64,000 nucleotides of DNA, from positions 46,936,001 through 47,000,000 of the forward strand of contig NC_086097.1 of the NCBI RefSeq assembly GCF_963921235.1, written 5' to 3'. Below the pieces are notes generated by a model that was given only the letters and a program-made list of their open reading frames with translations, was not told where the DNA came from and searched no databases. Source of the DNA: Mobula hypostoma (Eukaryota). Shown in pieces: positions 12,869 through 23,879 of this stretch. Each line of letters begins with the position of its first letter. The first letter of the stretch is position 1. The position numbers were made by a program, and so were the translations under genes.

Positions 12869-13021
12869 GTTCCCGCAAACGAGGGCGTCTCGCTCCACGA
12901 ACGGGCTTTTTATTTCTTTCGCCCAGAAGGTGTTCGGCGCCTCGGCACCGTGACGTGCCGTCCAGTAGTTCTTATCCAAGAGCGATTAGGCTTGTGTTTA
13001 TGTCTTTGTTTTGTGAAAACG
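12869..13021 (+). other. EIF5: EIF5 5' UTR exon containing uAUG1
   Basis: Acceptor TTTTTTTTGTTTTCAAACAG|G and donor ACG|GTAAGG. Contains TTT-ATG-T at 13000. Confidence 0.7.
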
Positions 13022-14194
13022 GTAAGGCGCTGGCTGCGTCGAAAGTCGCCGGGGTGGCGGTGGCGGTGGCAGGGGCAGGGTGGTTTGAGGTGGTGGAAGG
13101 GAGCTTGTCAAGATGGCGTCCTGCGGCCCCAGCTGGGCTCGCTCCAGCCTCCCTCCGTGTGACGCACTATGCGCCAGGCGCCTTGCCTTGCGCCCAGCGA
13201 ACCCTTAATTAGGCTCTTTTATCGCAAGGGTCGTGTACAGCTCAGCCCCTCGCCAGAGAATGTTATGAAGTCTGATAATGCGGTCGGAATTTTACTTAAT
13301 TTTTTTTGCTAACTTAACGCATTGCCACGCTTGGCAGTGACTCACGTGTTGCGGAGGCTGCGGCATCAGGAATGACTCAGCACTCGGCTGCGTTTTTTTT
13401 AATTCCCTCCCCCCCCCCCGCAATATTGTTTTGTTTCGCTCAAAAACAGTTGCATTTAATTAATTACTCAGTAAGTCTAACTTTTGATTCAAGCATAACT
13501 GACAATGAATTATGAGTGGGTTGTATATCCCAATCGCCAAATGTGATCGCTTTAGCGAATCGCTCCTTGTTCTTAGATGTGCGTGTGTAACCTTTTTTGG
13601 CATTTATTTGGTGGTGCGCTAAGGCTGCCGTGTGACTGAATGTTTTCCTTTTTCCTTTGATTTGGCCGTTTTTGTATACTTGTTAAAAGTTAAATTTGGC
13701 GATGACTTTAAGGGATTGCGACATTCATTATTCTGTCATACTCCCACACATAGGCTCAAGGTTAAGAATATAAATGTGGGCCACATTTTATTTTCTAGCT
13801 GACCTTTACAATGACGTTATTCATTCGTGGTCCCAGTTTTTCATGATAACGAAATTCAGTTAAATGTGGAGTAAATGCTGAATGATCTAGCAATTCATGC
13901 CAAGTTTTTTTCTGTTTTACAGAGCTGTTGCGCAGCCCTTGGTACCTGTGTCGGGGAAACCTAACCAACAAGTGGGGAACTTGCAGCCTAAGTGGCGCAA
14001 ACTTTTTCATGTCAGAGACCGAGTACACTTGCAATTGTTTATGTCATCCATTCTTCTTCAGACAGAAGATACCCAAAAATTTCTTTCAAAGATCTTTTCA
14101 CTTTACTCATAAATCTAATAGTAAACCAGAATGGCTGTCAACGTCAACCGCAGTGTTTCCGATCAGTTCTATCGGTACAAAATGCCCCGTCTGA
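13000..14194 (+). promoter_or_regulatory. Spliced inhibitory uORF (13000-13021 + 13923-14194), 97 aa, overlapping the EIF5 start out of frame
   Basis: Reads MSLFCENELLRSPWYL...ANFFMSETEY...TKCPV*. A second in-frame AUG lies at 14009. The stop at 14192-14194 falls inside the EIF5 CDS. Confidence 0.75.
14041..14112 (+). promoter_or_regulatory. Short uORF (23 aa) from the third poor-context AUG
   Basis: TTT-ATG-T at 14041; MSSILLQTEDTQKFLSKIFSLYS*; stops 18 nt before the main ATG. Confidence 0.75.
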
Positions 14195-14202
14195 TTGCTA
14201 AG
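14131..14202 (+). CDS. EIF5: EIF5 coding exon 1 (exon begins at 13923)
   Basis: AGA-ATG-G strong context; [30 protein letters not shown]; acceptor TTTTACAG at 13922. Confidence 0.98.
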
Positions 14203-17200
14203 GTAAAGTAGATTACTGCTGATTCAAAGACAATCATAGCAAAATTGATATTCCAGACTAAAATGTGCTTTTTTTTATTTCTCCAGGTCGAGGGCAAAGG
14301 GAATGGAATAAAGACAGTAATAGTCAACATGGTTGACGTTGCTAAGGCGCTTAATCGGCCTCCAACGTGTGAGTGCTAGTCAAGTTGTAACATTCGTTAT
14401 GATGGTGGTTGTGGTCATGACTCTGCTTGTGATTAACCTCACTTCGTTCCTCAATATAGATTTTTTTTTTAGGAATGCTGACTTTTTCCTGCACTTGGTT
14501 TGATAATGGCTGTTATGCCAGTAATTGTCCTTTGCAACAGACACAACTTCTGAGTTTACAGTGTTATAGGCATAAGTAGTCAGAGCTCATGCACAGCTGG
14601 AAAGGGTTTTGCCCTAGGTTTCCAGGCCTCTGGAGTTTATCCAAATGCTGATAATGGGTTCTGGTTAATTGGAGCATTTTGGGACTTGTACATGTTGGTC
14701 CAATTAAGCAGTTGCTCCAATTAGCTAATTACTGTTCAACTGAGTAATTGTGTATTTAAATGAAATGACAGAACAAATTAGAACACTATCAATGCTACTA
14801 CAGAATTGTAAAACTGTTAGTTCCTAATAGTTTTTGACAGTGGAATTCATTGAGTGTACACTGCTGTCTGGTCCAGTAGGACGATTTTGGGGCAGCTTGC
14901 TCACCTTTGGTTCCCAAATGGACGCTCAGCTTTCACCAGTGGCTCCAAGTAGCTGCATACATCAGTGACCACACCACAGTAAATTGCTTTGCCGGGCAGG
15001 CTAAACCTGGAGAGGGTAGGCAATGGGCCTCATACCCCAGTGAAATCGGGACATATCTATCCTAGCATGTGAAGTCAGCTCTAGGGAACTGGACAGATGA
15101 GATCAACAGTGCGTTCCAATGGCCAAGAAGGCAGTTCTACAACACTTCATGGAGATCAAAGGACATAAGGCACAGATGTAGTCATGGTACTCTTTATTCA
15201 ACACTCCCACACAGGTTTCACTATCAGACAACCAACACGTTTTTTGAATTGACTGAACAAATTTAGCACAGACCAAATACTGGAGATTTTGGACTGCCTT
15301 CATACAATGCTTTCAACAGCTGCATTCTCTGTATCTTTTCATTGTAACATTGTCGATACCTTCATATACTTAGTAGTTCCTTACTTGAGGTAGTGAAATA
15401 GTTTTATTTTCAGTCCTGGAAACCATTATGCTTGAAACCATAGTGTGCAAAACTTCTAAATTGTCTCCTGCTTTTTGAATGCAAACATGCAACTGACTAT
15501 TTAAACACTGTTCTAAATGTGCCGTAGTGTCAGCATCTGTCCCAGTTAAGTAAGTGTTCCAGGTTTTTATACTTAACTAGTTTTTGTTCTTTAAGTTGTC
15601 CCAAATAAGCAACTACTGTGATTACCAATTGACCAAAGTCCACAATTTAATTTGCCAGTGGTTTAATTAATCTATTGTTGGTTTAAATGTCAGATCGGAC
15701 CCATTAAGAATGCTCTAAAGTGAAGAAAAATGCATATAAGACAATATTTTTCACGGCTGATTCCATATGGAATAGTGTTTTCAATTCTGTTTAGAGAATT
15801 TGTGATTGACATAAAGCATCTGACATCTTGGTAAGATTACTTTAGCAAATGACTGGAAGTTCCAGCCAGTTTAAATGTTTTTACATCCTTTATGTTCTTG
15901 GAAAAATTCTGCCTTGCTTTCCATGGCAGAAAAGGTTTCAGCTCTAAGATTAAAGTTGCAGAGTTAGCATTTTGGGATTAAATGTATTTCTGCAATGTTC
16001 CCTGAGTCTTTTGCTAGCATTTTCAGTTTATGAACTTAGACTATTATTTCAAACATCTTATCAACTAGAATAATACTTGAAGGCTGAAAACTTTGTACCT
16101 TTATTTTGCCTTGCAGATCCCACCAAGTTTTTTGGTTGTGAGCTGGGAGCTCAGACCCAGTTTGATTCAAAGAATGATCGTTATATTGTGAATGGATCCC
16201 ATGAGGCGAATAAGCTGCAAGACATGCTGGATGGATTCATTCGAAAATTTGTCCTTTGTAATGAGTGTGAAAATCCTGAAACTGACCTGGTTAGTGATTT
16301 CAGAATAAAAAATGGTTTTTACCTAGTGAGGAGCCTTAATTCTTTTAGTTAAAAGACTGTTTTTGAAGTTTGTAATCTCAAGTGTCTTTTGCTTGAACTT
16401 TGAAGTGAGAAATTTGTTTTTGCTTGCATCTTCCAACTGTGTTTGATCTGATGTATGGTTTTGGCAGTTGGGCATCTTTAATTTTTGAACAATTATGTTT
16501 TCATTTTTAGCATGTCAATCCAAAGAAACAAACTATTGGTATTTCCTGTAAAGCCTGTGGATACAGAGGCATGCTTGACACGCGTCACAAACTCTGCACA
16601 TTCATTCTAAAAAATCCACCTGGTGAGTTTGAATTTGGGTAATGCAGAATTTCATCTTTAGTTTTTAAATTGAAGTCCTTAGCGTAAAGATTTTTATCTT
16701 GCAGAAAATGGGGACAGTGGTTCAGCCAAGAAAGAAAAGGAAAAGAAAAACAAGAAGGGCAAGGATAAAGAGAATGGATCAGTGTCCAATTCTGAGTCGT
16801 CCACCCATAATGAATTTGATGCTCCAGAAGCGGTGGTAATATTTTTATTCATCTAAGTTTTTGAAAGATTTGCAGTTGATAGATCCATTCATCCTAATAA
16901 TATTGAAAGTTCACACTGTGGTTATTAAATTTCTTAGGATGGTGAAGATGATGATGAAGACTGGTGTGAAGAAACTACAGAAGAGGCCCAGCGACGTCGG
17001 ATGGGTGAAATCAGTGACCATGCCAAAAATTTGACACTTAGTGATGACCTGGGGAAAACCTTGGAAGAGAGGGTGAACTTATTCTACAACTTTGTCAAGG
17101 TAATGGTATGCATGCCTCTTAAATGACTTGAAGTTTTAGATTTGGTGGAGGGTGTGGGGTGCAAAGAATAGATTTTGGAACATAGGCCATTATTTCATGG

Positions 17201-18913
17201 TAGAACAGTTGAGTGGCCAACTCGTAGTTAGAATGGAATTTAACATCTAAAATGCATAAGTTCTCAACTTTTTGTTTTGTAATGAACCATGGATTTTGAC
17301 CCAGAATTCATTGATTTTCTGTTTGAGGTTTCTTGCAATAGTGTTCCATACCCAGGAGGTCTAAATATTGGATCGGATGTAGTGGTGATTCTTGATATGT
17401 TTTGAGGACTAAACCATATTTTTTTTACACTTCCACAGATGAAAAAGGAAGAGGGAATTATTGACTCGGCTGATAAAGAGCTTCTATCAGAAGCTGAACG
17501 GCTGGATGTCATTGCTATGGGTCCCCTTATATTGAGTGAACTGCTTTTTGATGAGAACATAAGGGAGCAGATCAAGAAATATAAACGACATTTCTTGCGT
17601 GTAAGTTTTTTAATCCACTTTAAAATTAGTGTTGGTGATTTATTTTCTTAGTGAATGACATTCTTTTTCTTGATTTAGTTTTGCCACGGCAATAAAAAGG
17701 CCCAGAAGTACTTACTTGGAGGCTTTGAATGTTTGGTAAAGATACATCGGGACCAACTGCTTCCAAAGGTTCCACATGTTCTGAAGGAACTGTATGATGC
17801 TGATCTTCTAGAAGAGGAGGTCATCCTTGCCTGGGCTGAGAAAGTGAGTATTCAGTAGATGGGCAACAAAACCAGTGACCGTAGGATCAACTTCACATGA
17901 CAACCCTGTCATTTCGGGGATCTTTTACAGCACCGCTATTTTGGAGAAACACTATATTGCATTGGAAATGAAACCTGCAGTCCTTCAAATATGGTTTCTA
18001 GGCTTTCCTTGCAGTTGACATTTATTTGTATCTTCAGTGTCTTTAGATATTGTGCAGTTAGACCCTTTATAAACATTGAATAGATTGCCCCAGCGATGAT
18101 GTTACTGAATCCAAAATCTGAAATGACCAACTTATTTTGACACTAAGTCAATTTTCATCATACCAATATTTCCATCAACCCAGTGCATAATTGTGCGGGC
18201 ACAATTTTGTTTTAAAAACCATTTGGTATAAAGGGCTCCTTCATAGTGCTAAGACTTAATTACAGTAAAGTTGGGGATATGGAGTGATATCTGTTACACT
18301 AGGTTCTGCATTAATGTTTTTAAAGGTAGGTGCAGTACAGCAACATGGATTTTGATTGCAGTGATTTCTAACTGACCTAAATTTTAACAACTAGCTATCA
18401 GCTATTCTGTGGGACAAATATATTTGAAGTGATATTTTGAACTTGATTAGGTTAGCTTGAATAGAATTGGTTAAATACAGTTTAACTTGTTTCTGCATAG
18501 GTATCTAAGAAGTATGTCCCAAAGGAACTTGCCAAAGAGATACATTCGAAGGCTGATCCTTTCATTAAGTGGCTAAAAGAAGCAGAGGAAGAATCTGAAG
18601 ATGACAATGATGAAGATAAAGATGTAGAGGTAACTGGGAATGCCTGACCAGCTTTTATTTCTTGTAACTGAGATTATAGTTGGCAACACCAATTTTAAGT
18701 ACATTTGTTGATAGCTACAGCTCTTTAAACTGATTCTTCCTGTGCATCGTAGAATATTTACATGCATCAATTTTTTTTTTGAAAGTGTTATTGATATACT
18801 GATGTTTAAATTTGCAGGTGGTTTATGACAGCTCTGCAAGGCAAGTGAAAGTGGAAACTCTGAAAACCATTAAGACAAAAGAAGAGGAGGATATAGATAT
18901 TGATGCTATTTGA
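14131..18913 (+). CDS. EIF5: Eukaryotic translation initiation factor 5, 427 aa; join(14131-14202,14287-14368,16117-16289,16511-16622,16705-16835,16938-17099,17439-17600,17679-17843,18501-18629,18818-18913)
   Basis: All introns are GT-AG with consistent phases; 1284 nt in total. [34 protein letters not shown] includes GAP Arg15. Zinc cysteines CNEC/CKAC, W2 domain boxes [15 protein letters not shown] and [13 protein letters not shown]-terminus DIDIDAI. Confidence 0.99.
14287..14368 (+). CDS. EIF5: EIF5 coding exon 2
   Basis: [39 protein letters not shown]. Confidence 0.98.
14655..15640. mobile_element. Old Tigger-like non-autonomous element in an EIF5 intron (boundaries approximate)
   Basis: Degenerate GGTTAATTGG / CCAATTAA-type subterminal repeats at both ends; interrupted at about 14861-15210. 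Confidence 0.35.
14861..15210 (+). mobile_element. RTE-like 5' fragment with candidate HDV-like ribozyme fold
   Basis: Ordered P2/P3/L3/P1/J4-2 elements: TTTCACCAGT-GGC-TCCAAGTA-GCT-GCATACATCAG...GG-CTAA-ACCTGGAGAG. Confidence 0.4.
16117..16289 (+). CDS. EIF5: EIF5 coding exon 3
   Basis: [22 protein letters not shown]...[17 protein letters not shown]. Confidence 0.98.
16511..16622 (+). CDS. EIF5: EIF5 coding exon 4
   Basis: [49 protein letters not shown]. Confidence 0.98.
16705..16835 (+). CDS. EIF5: EIF5 coding exon 5
   Basis: [33 protein letters not shown]...PEAV|GTAATA. Confidence 0.96.
16938..17099 (+). CDS. EIF5: EIF5 coding exon 6
   Basis: [28 protein letters not shown]...FYNFVK|GTAATG. 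Confidence 0.97.
17439..17600 (+). CDS. EIF5: EIF5 coding exon 7
   Basis: [20 protein letters not shown]...[15 protein letters not shown]. Confidence 0.98.
17679..17843 (+). CDS. EIF5: EIF5 coding exon 8
   Basis: [19 protein letters not shown]...[18 protein letters not shown]. Confidence 0.98.
18501..18629 (+). CDS. EIF5: EIF5 coding exon 9
   Basis: [20 protein letters not shown]...[12 protein letters not shown]...DVE|GTAACT. Confidence 0.98.
18818..18913 (+). CDS. EIF5: EIF5 coding exon 10 (terminal)
   Basis: [37 protein letters not shown]. Confidence 0.98.
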   Translation: MVYDSSARQVKVETLKTIKTKEEEDIDIDAI

Positions 18914-19189
18914 TGTATTACTTTGGGGGGAATTCACTTTTGCATTGGAAGTCACGGCAATGAAGAGATTTCCTTTACTTACTCTGCAACTGCTAACATT
19001 GGTTTCTGCTGTTAAAAAAATTCTACGATGGTATTGATCTAGTGATGCTTTGCCACCTAGCAGTTAGGAACTGAAGGACAGCATGTGAAGTTCAAATGGT
19101 AGAACAGTCCTAATCTCTTTTCACCAATAACACTTCATTGATATTGGGTGATGTTTCTGCATTTACTGCACATTTATATAAGGATGTAA

Positions 19190-19195
19190 AATAAA
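19190..19195 (+). terminator. Candidate EIF5 polyadenylation signal
   Basis: AATAAA about 280 nt after the stop, followed by a GT/T-rich element (TTGTGTTTTT) at about 19227. Confidence 0.6.
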
Positions 19196-20011
19196 AATTA
19201 AAGGAGATTGTTCTGTATTCTCTACATTGTGTTTTTATTAATTTGGTGCTAGTTGAAAACGAAGGTTCTTCACTCTTGCCCATTCTCTAGCTGTATTGAA
19301 ATAATGAACTTGTTACCAACATTTTATGAATGGGCTATTAATGTCACAGTTAACCCAGTATATGGATGGATTAAATCAGGGTTGCAATATTACACCTTCA
19401 TTCTGGTTCAAGTGCCCAGTTGTAGAATAACTGAATTGTATCTTGGGACCTCTTACTATTCAAACTGTTGGACCATGGCAACAAAAAAAAATCCACTATT
19501 AATTACAAATATTTGATCTGCATGGCATAACATCACCATTTTGTTAACATCATGGAGCCCCATAGAATGATACCGAACATGTACTTGAATAATCTCATGA
19601 TTTAATTGAATCATTGCTGTTCAAATGTGAATTTGGTGGCTTGTATGATAAACCTGAGTTTGAGAAAGTAATGCCTTATACTCATGAGTAAATGCTACAA
19701 TCTTTTAAGGAGGGTTTATTATATTTAGGCCTGGACAAAAGTTTGCCTCTTTCTTCCAGCTGAAATGTGTTCCCTTCAGTGTACGTGCCTCGTGTATGAG
19801 AGTCTGGAATGGATGGGTGTCATTATGTATAGAAAGTCCCAAATGTAGATCTTGAGTATTTTTACTTCATTTTGAACAGCAGTTGAGCTTGCTGTGTTTT
19901 TACACACATTTAGAAATCCAATATGTCCTAATGGTTCAACGTTGTGTAATACTGCAGGGACTTAGTAGCAAGTTAAAATATGATATGTAGGTTTATTCTT
20001 TAATGGTTTTG

Positions 20012-22092
20012 GAAACATAGGAAAAAAACTACACAATACAGGCCCTTGGGCCCACAATGCTATGCTGAACATGTACGTACTTTAGAAACACCCTAGGGTT
20101 GCCCATAGCCCTCTATTTTTCTAAGCCCAATGTACCTATCCAGGAGCAACACACAACACACTGGAGGAATTCAGCAGGTCCGTGGAAACGATCAGTCAAT
20201 GTTTCCACGGATGCTGCCCGACCTGCTGAGTTCCTCCAGCGTGTTGCTTTGACCCAGCATCTGCAGATTATTTTGTGTTTACCTATCCAGGAGTCTCTTA
20301 AAAGACTCCAGCATAGCTGCCTCTACCATCATCACTGGCAGCCCATCCCATGGACTCACCATCTGTTAAAAATAAATAAATTATGCTGACATCTCTGTAC
20401 CTACTTCTAAGCGCCTTAAAACTGCCAACTCGTGCTAGCCATTTCAGCCCTGGGGAAAAAACCCTCTGACTATCCACACGATCAATGCCTCTCATTTTGT
20501 ACACTTGTATCAGGTTACTTCTCATCCTCCGCTGCTCCGAAGAGAAAAAGCCAAGTTCACTCAACTTATTCTCATGAGGCATACTCCCCAATCCACGCAA
20601 CATCCTTGTAAATCTCTGAACCCTTTCTATGGTTTCCACATCCTTCCTGTAGTGAGGTGACCAAAACTGAGCACAGTACTCCCAAGTGGGGTCTGACCAG
20701 AGTCCTATATAGCTGTAACATTACCTCTTAGCCCTTAAACAAACTCAATCCCAAGGCCAATGCACCATATGCTGCCTTATCCACAGTCAACCTGCGCAGC
20801 AGCTTTGAGTGTCCTATGGACTCGGACCCCAAGATCCCTCTGAGCCTCCACACTGCCAAGAGTCTTAATATATTCTGCCATCATATATGACCTACCAAAA
20901 TGAACCACTCACACTTACCTGGGTTGAACTCCATCTGCCACTTCTCAGCCCAATTTTGCATCTTATCAATGTTCCTCTGACAGCCATCCACAACACCCCC
21001 AACCTTTGTGTCAACAGCAAATTTACTAACCCATCTCTCCACTTCCTCATCCAGGTCATTTATACAAATCACAAAGAGGTGGGGTTCCAGAACAGATTCC
21101 TGAGGCACACCACTGGTCACCGGCCTCCATGCAGAATATGACTTGTCTACAACCACTCTCTGCCTTCTGTGGGCAAGCCAATTCTGGATCCACAAAGCAA
21201 GGTCCTCTTGGATCCCATGCCTCAGGCCTTGCTGATATCCATATACACTATATCTACTGCTCTACCATCATCAACATGTTTAGTCAAATCCTCAAAAAAT
21301 TCAATCAGCCTCATAAGGCACGACCTGTCTTTCACAAAGCCATGCTGACTGTTCCTAATCATGCCTCTCCAAATGTTCATAAATCCTGCCTCTCAGGATC
21401 ATCTCCAACTTACCAACCACTGAAGTAAGACTCTCTGGGCTATCTCTACTCCCTTGAATAAGGGAACAATATCTGCAACCCTCCGGCCCATTGATGATGC
21501 AAAGATCATTGCCAGAGGCTCAGCAATCTCCTACCTTTCCGCAGTAGCCTGGGGTACATCTTGTCCGATCACGGAGACTTAACCAACTTGATGTTTTGCC
21601 AAGCTCTTTATCTGTAATGAATACTGAAGCAAAGTACTCATTAAGTACCACAGCTATCTCCTCCAGTTCCATACACATTTTTCCACTGTCACACTTGATT
21701 GGTCCTATTCTCATGTCTTGTCCTCCTGCTCTTCACATACTTGTAGAATGCCTTGGGGTTTTCCTTAATTCTGCTCACCAAGGCCTTCTCATGGCCCCTT
21801 CTGGCTCTCCTAATTCCATTTTTATGCTCCGTCCTGCTAGCCTTATAATCATCTAGATCTCTATCATTACCTGGTTTTTTGAACCTTTCATAAGCTTTTC
21901 TTCTTGACTAGATTTTCAACAGCCTTTGTACACCATGGTTCCTGTACCCTATCATCCTTTCCCTATCTCATTGGAACGTACCTATGCAGAACACCACACA
22001 AGTATCCCTAAACATTTGCCACATTTCAGCTGTACATTTGTTCCCAATTTATGCTTCCAAGTTCCTGCCTGATAGCTTCATATTTCCCCTTA
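20012..22092 (-). mobile_element. CR1 LINE, decayed
   Basis: RT motifs SGVPQESVLEP, SKFAVDTK and NWAEKWQMEFNPGKCE; CR1 3' tail at about 20012. Confidence 0.92.
20147..20279 (+). mobile_element. Fold-back Penelope-like mini-insertion
   Basis: 14-bp TSD TACCTATCCAGGAG (20133-20146 and 20280-20293). Internal inverted repeats CTGGAGGAATTCAGCAGGTC / GACCTGCTGAGTTCCTCCAG and CCGTGGAAAC / GTTTCCACGG. Confidence 0.85.
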
Positions 22093-23879
22093 CTCCAATT
22101 AAACTTTCCTAATAGGGAGAATTGCATCACTCCAGGTTGCCCAAACTGGTCATCCTAGGGATTAACTACCTTTTGTTGAAAACATGTTTATTCTGATAAT
22201 CAGCTAGTGAACTACTTGGTGCAATATTCTGGATTGTGATGCCCATATTTGGGCAGAGAAAAGGTTCTACTGCCACCCATTAAGTGGTCATGCCACTGCC
22301 ATATTAAGCTATTTACCTAGAGGGCACTAAATCACCTTCCGGTGAATTGCGATTTAATCTCAACATACATGTGGCAGAATTGAACAAAAATTAAGTGTTG
22401 TTGGTTCATAGCTACAAAGAGCAAGCACAAAAGAGTCGAGATTAAGGTTTCTGGCAAGACATGTTTGGGGCAAGCAAATACATGTAGTACTTGAATGCAC
22501 TTTTATTTCCATTTGCTTTTGCAAGTACAAATAACACAACTTTTGAAGAAATTCGGTGCTTCAAGTGTTAATAAGGCATGTTACCTTGATATGTGAGTTT
22601 GTGTTGTATGTTTCCTTTTTGGGGAGGGTTTCCCTTGAGTGATCATGCCTCAAAGGACTTCACATTTGACAACTCTTCCAGTACTGGGATAGAATCAAAA
22701 AAAAACTCTCCTTGCTGAAAGGAGCATTCTGAAAGGGTTGTTCATGTTGACTTTCCGTTTATTTTTCCATCTCCACTGCTCATCCTTTCTCACTACATTT
22801 ACTCATGGATTAATGAGAGATGCACAGGGGCCAATTAGCCTTCCCAGGGGAAGCAGCAATTCATGTTTTTCTTCCCATGTGCTCCATTGAGGAAACTAAG
22901 TAGGATTAGATGAAGAATTCGCTTTGAGACTACATGCTGATGGCTCCTCTCTTCTAATGTATTGTATTCAAGCTTGTATGCCACTTCATCTTTGATTAAT
23001 ACATTCCAAAGGAATCCGATACCATAGTGAAATATTAAGATATGATGATACACCAGCCATCATTATTTAATATGGTTATTCTGGACTACTTTGTATTACC
23101 ATTGTCTTAAAATTGTTTAATGCTTTGTGCAAAAAGGTACAACCATTCTGCATTATTTGCTTTTCTTTGGATACATTGTTCCTTGATGTTCCTGCAAAGT
23201 ATTACATTTTCATGCTCACATGAAATATAAAAGATAAGGCAATGATAATACTGTTAGTTGTTATTCAGTAAGAATATGCTTGAGTCAACACATGTTCTGA
23301 CTGAAACAAACCATAAAATTAAAGACAGTGTAGTTTTGAATAAACTTATATAACATCTTAAGTAGCTACAGTTCCCTGAGTGAAGGAATTTCTGCTCATC
23401 TGAATCTGAACTAGCTGACCCAAGAACCAGGCATCAAATAGCATCTAGAAAGAGAACAGATTGTCCCTCCAGCCAGCACAAGTATGCAAGGTCATTTTTA
23501 TGGACAAAACCTCCCTAATTAATCTCTGGGATTTTTGCTGTACTGATTCAACATCTGGAATCACTATCCATACTTATTTCAGATGTAGTTTTCCTAAGTG
23601 CTCAATCCTGCTATACTGCTTGACAAAAGATATATTTTCTGTTCTGTATTTTAAATGTAAAACAAATTAAAACTAAACATGAAACACATAACCACTTAAA
23701 CAATTAAAATTCACTTAACTCTTCCATTCCACAGGCCCCTGTCCATATCAGATTTGATCTGGTGTCTATTTTAAGGAACCTGGCTCTACCACAGCAATGT
23801 GTTTGTGGTGGCAGTCACTTTCAATCAGTGAACCAAACTGGACAATTTTAATGTTTTTAGATAAAAGATTACATCCCAA

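Larger units (their letters stand above)
12400..13440 (+). promoter_or_regulatory. EIF5 CpG-island promoter and proximal intron
   Basis: Abrupt CpG enrichment. CCAAT boxes at about 12600 and 12630, GC-box-like AGGCGGG at about 12648, YY1 site CAAGATGGCG (13109-13118), TGACTCA at 13338 and 13373. Confidence 0.8.

Noticed and set aside
16340..16500. Possible H/ACA snoRNA in an EIF5 intron (CCAACTG/CAGTTGG hairpin followed by ACA)
   Set aside because: No proper ANANNA H box between the hairpins and no recognisable similarity to SNORA28; needs cmsearch.
18095..18125. C/D-box-like ATGATGT...CTGA in an EIF5 intron
   Set aside because: Imperfect C box, boxes too close together, no terminal stem.
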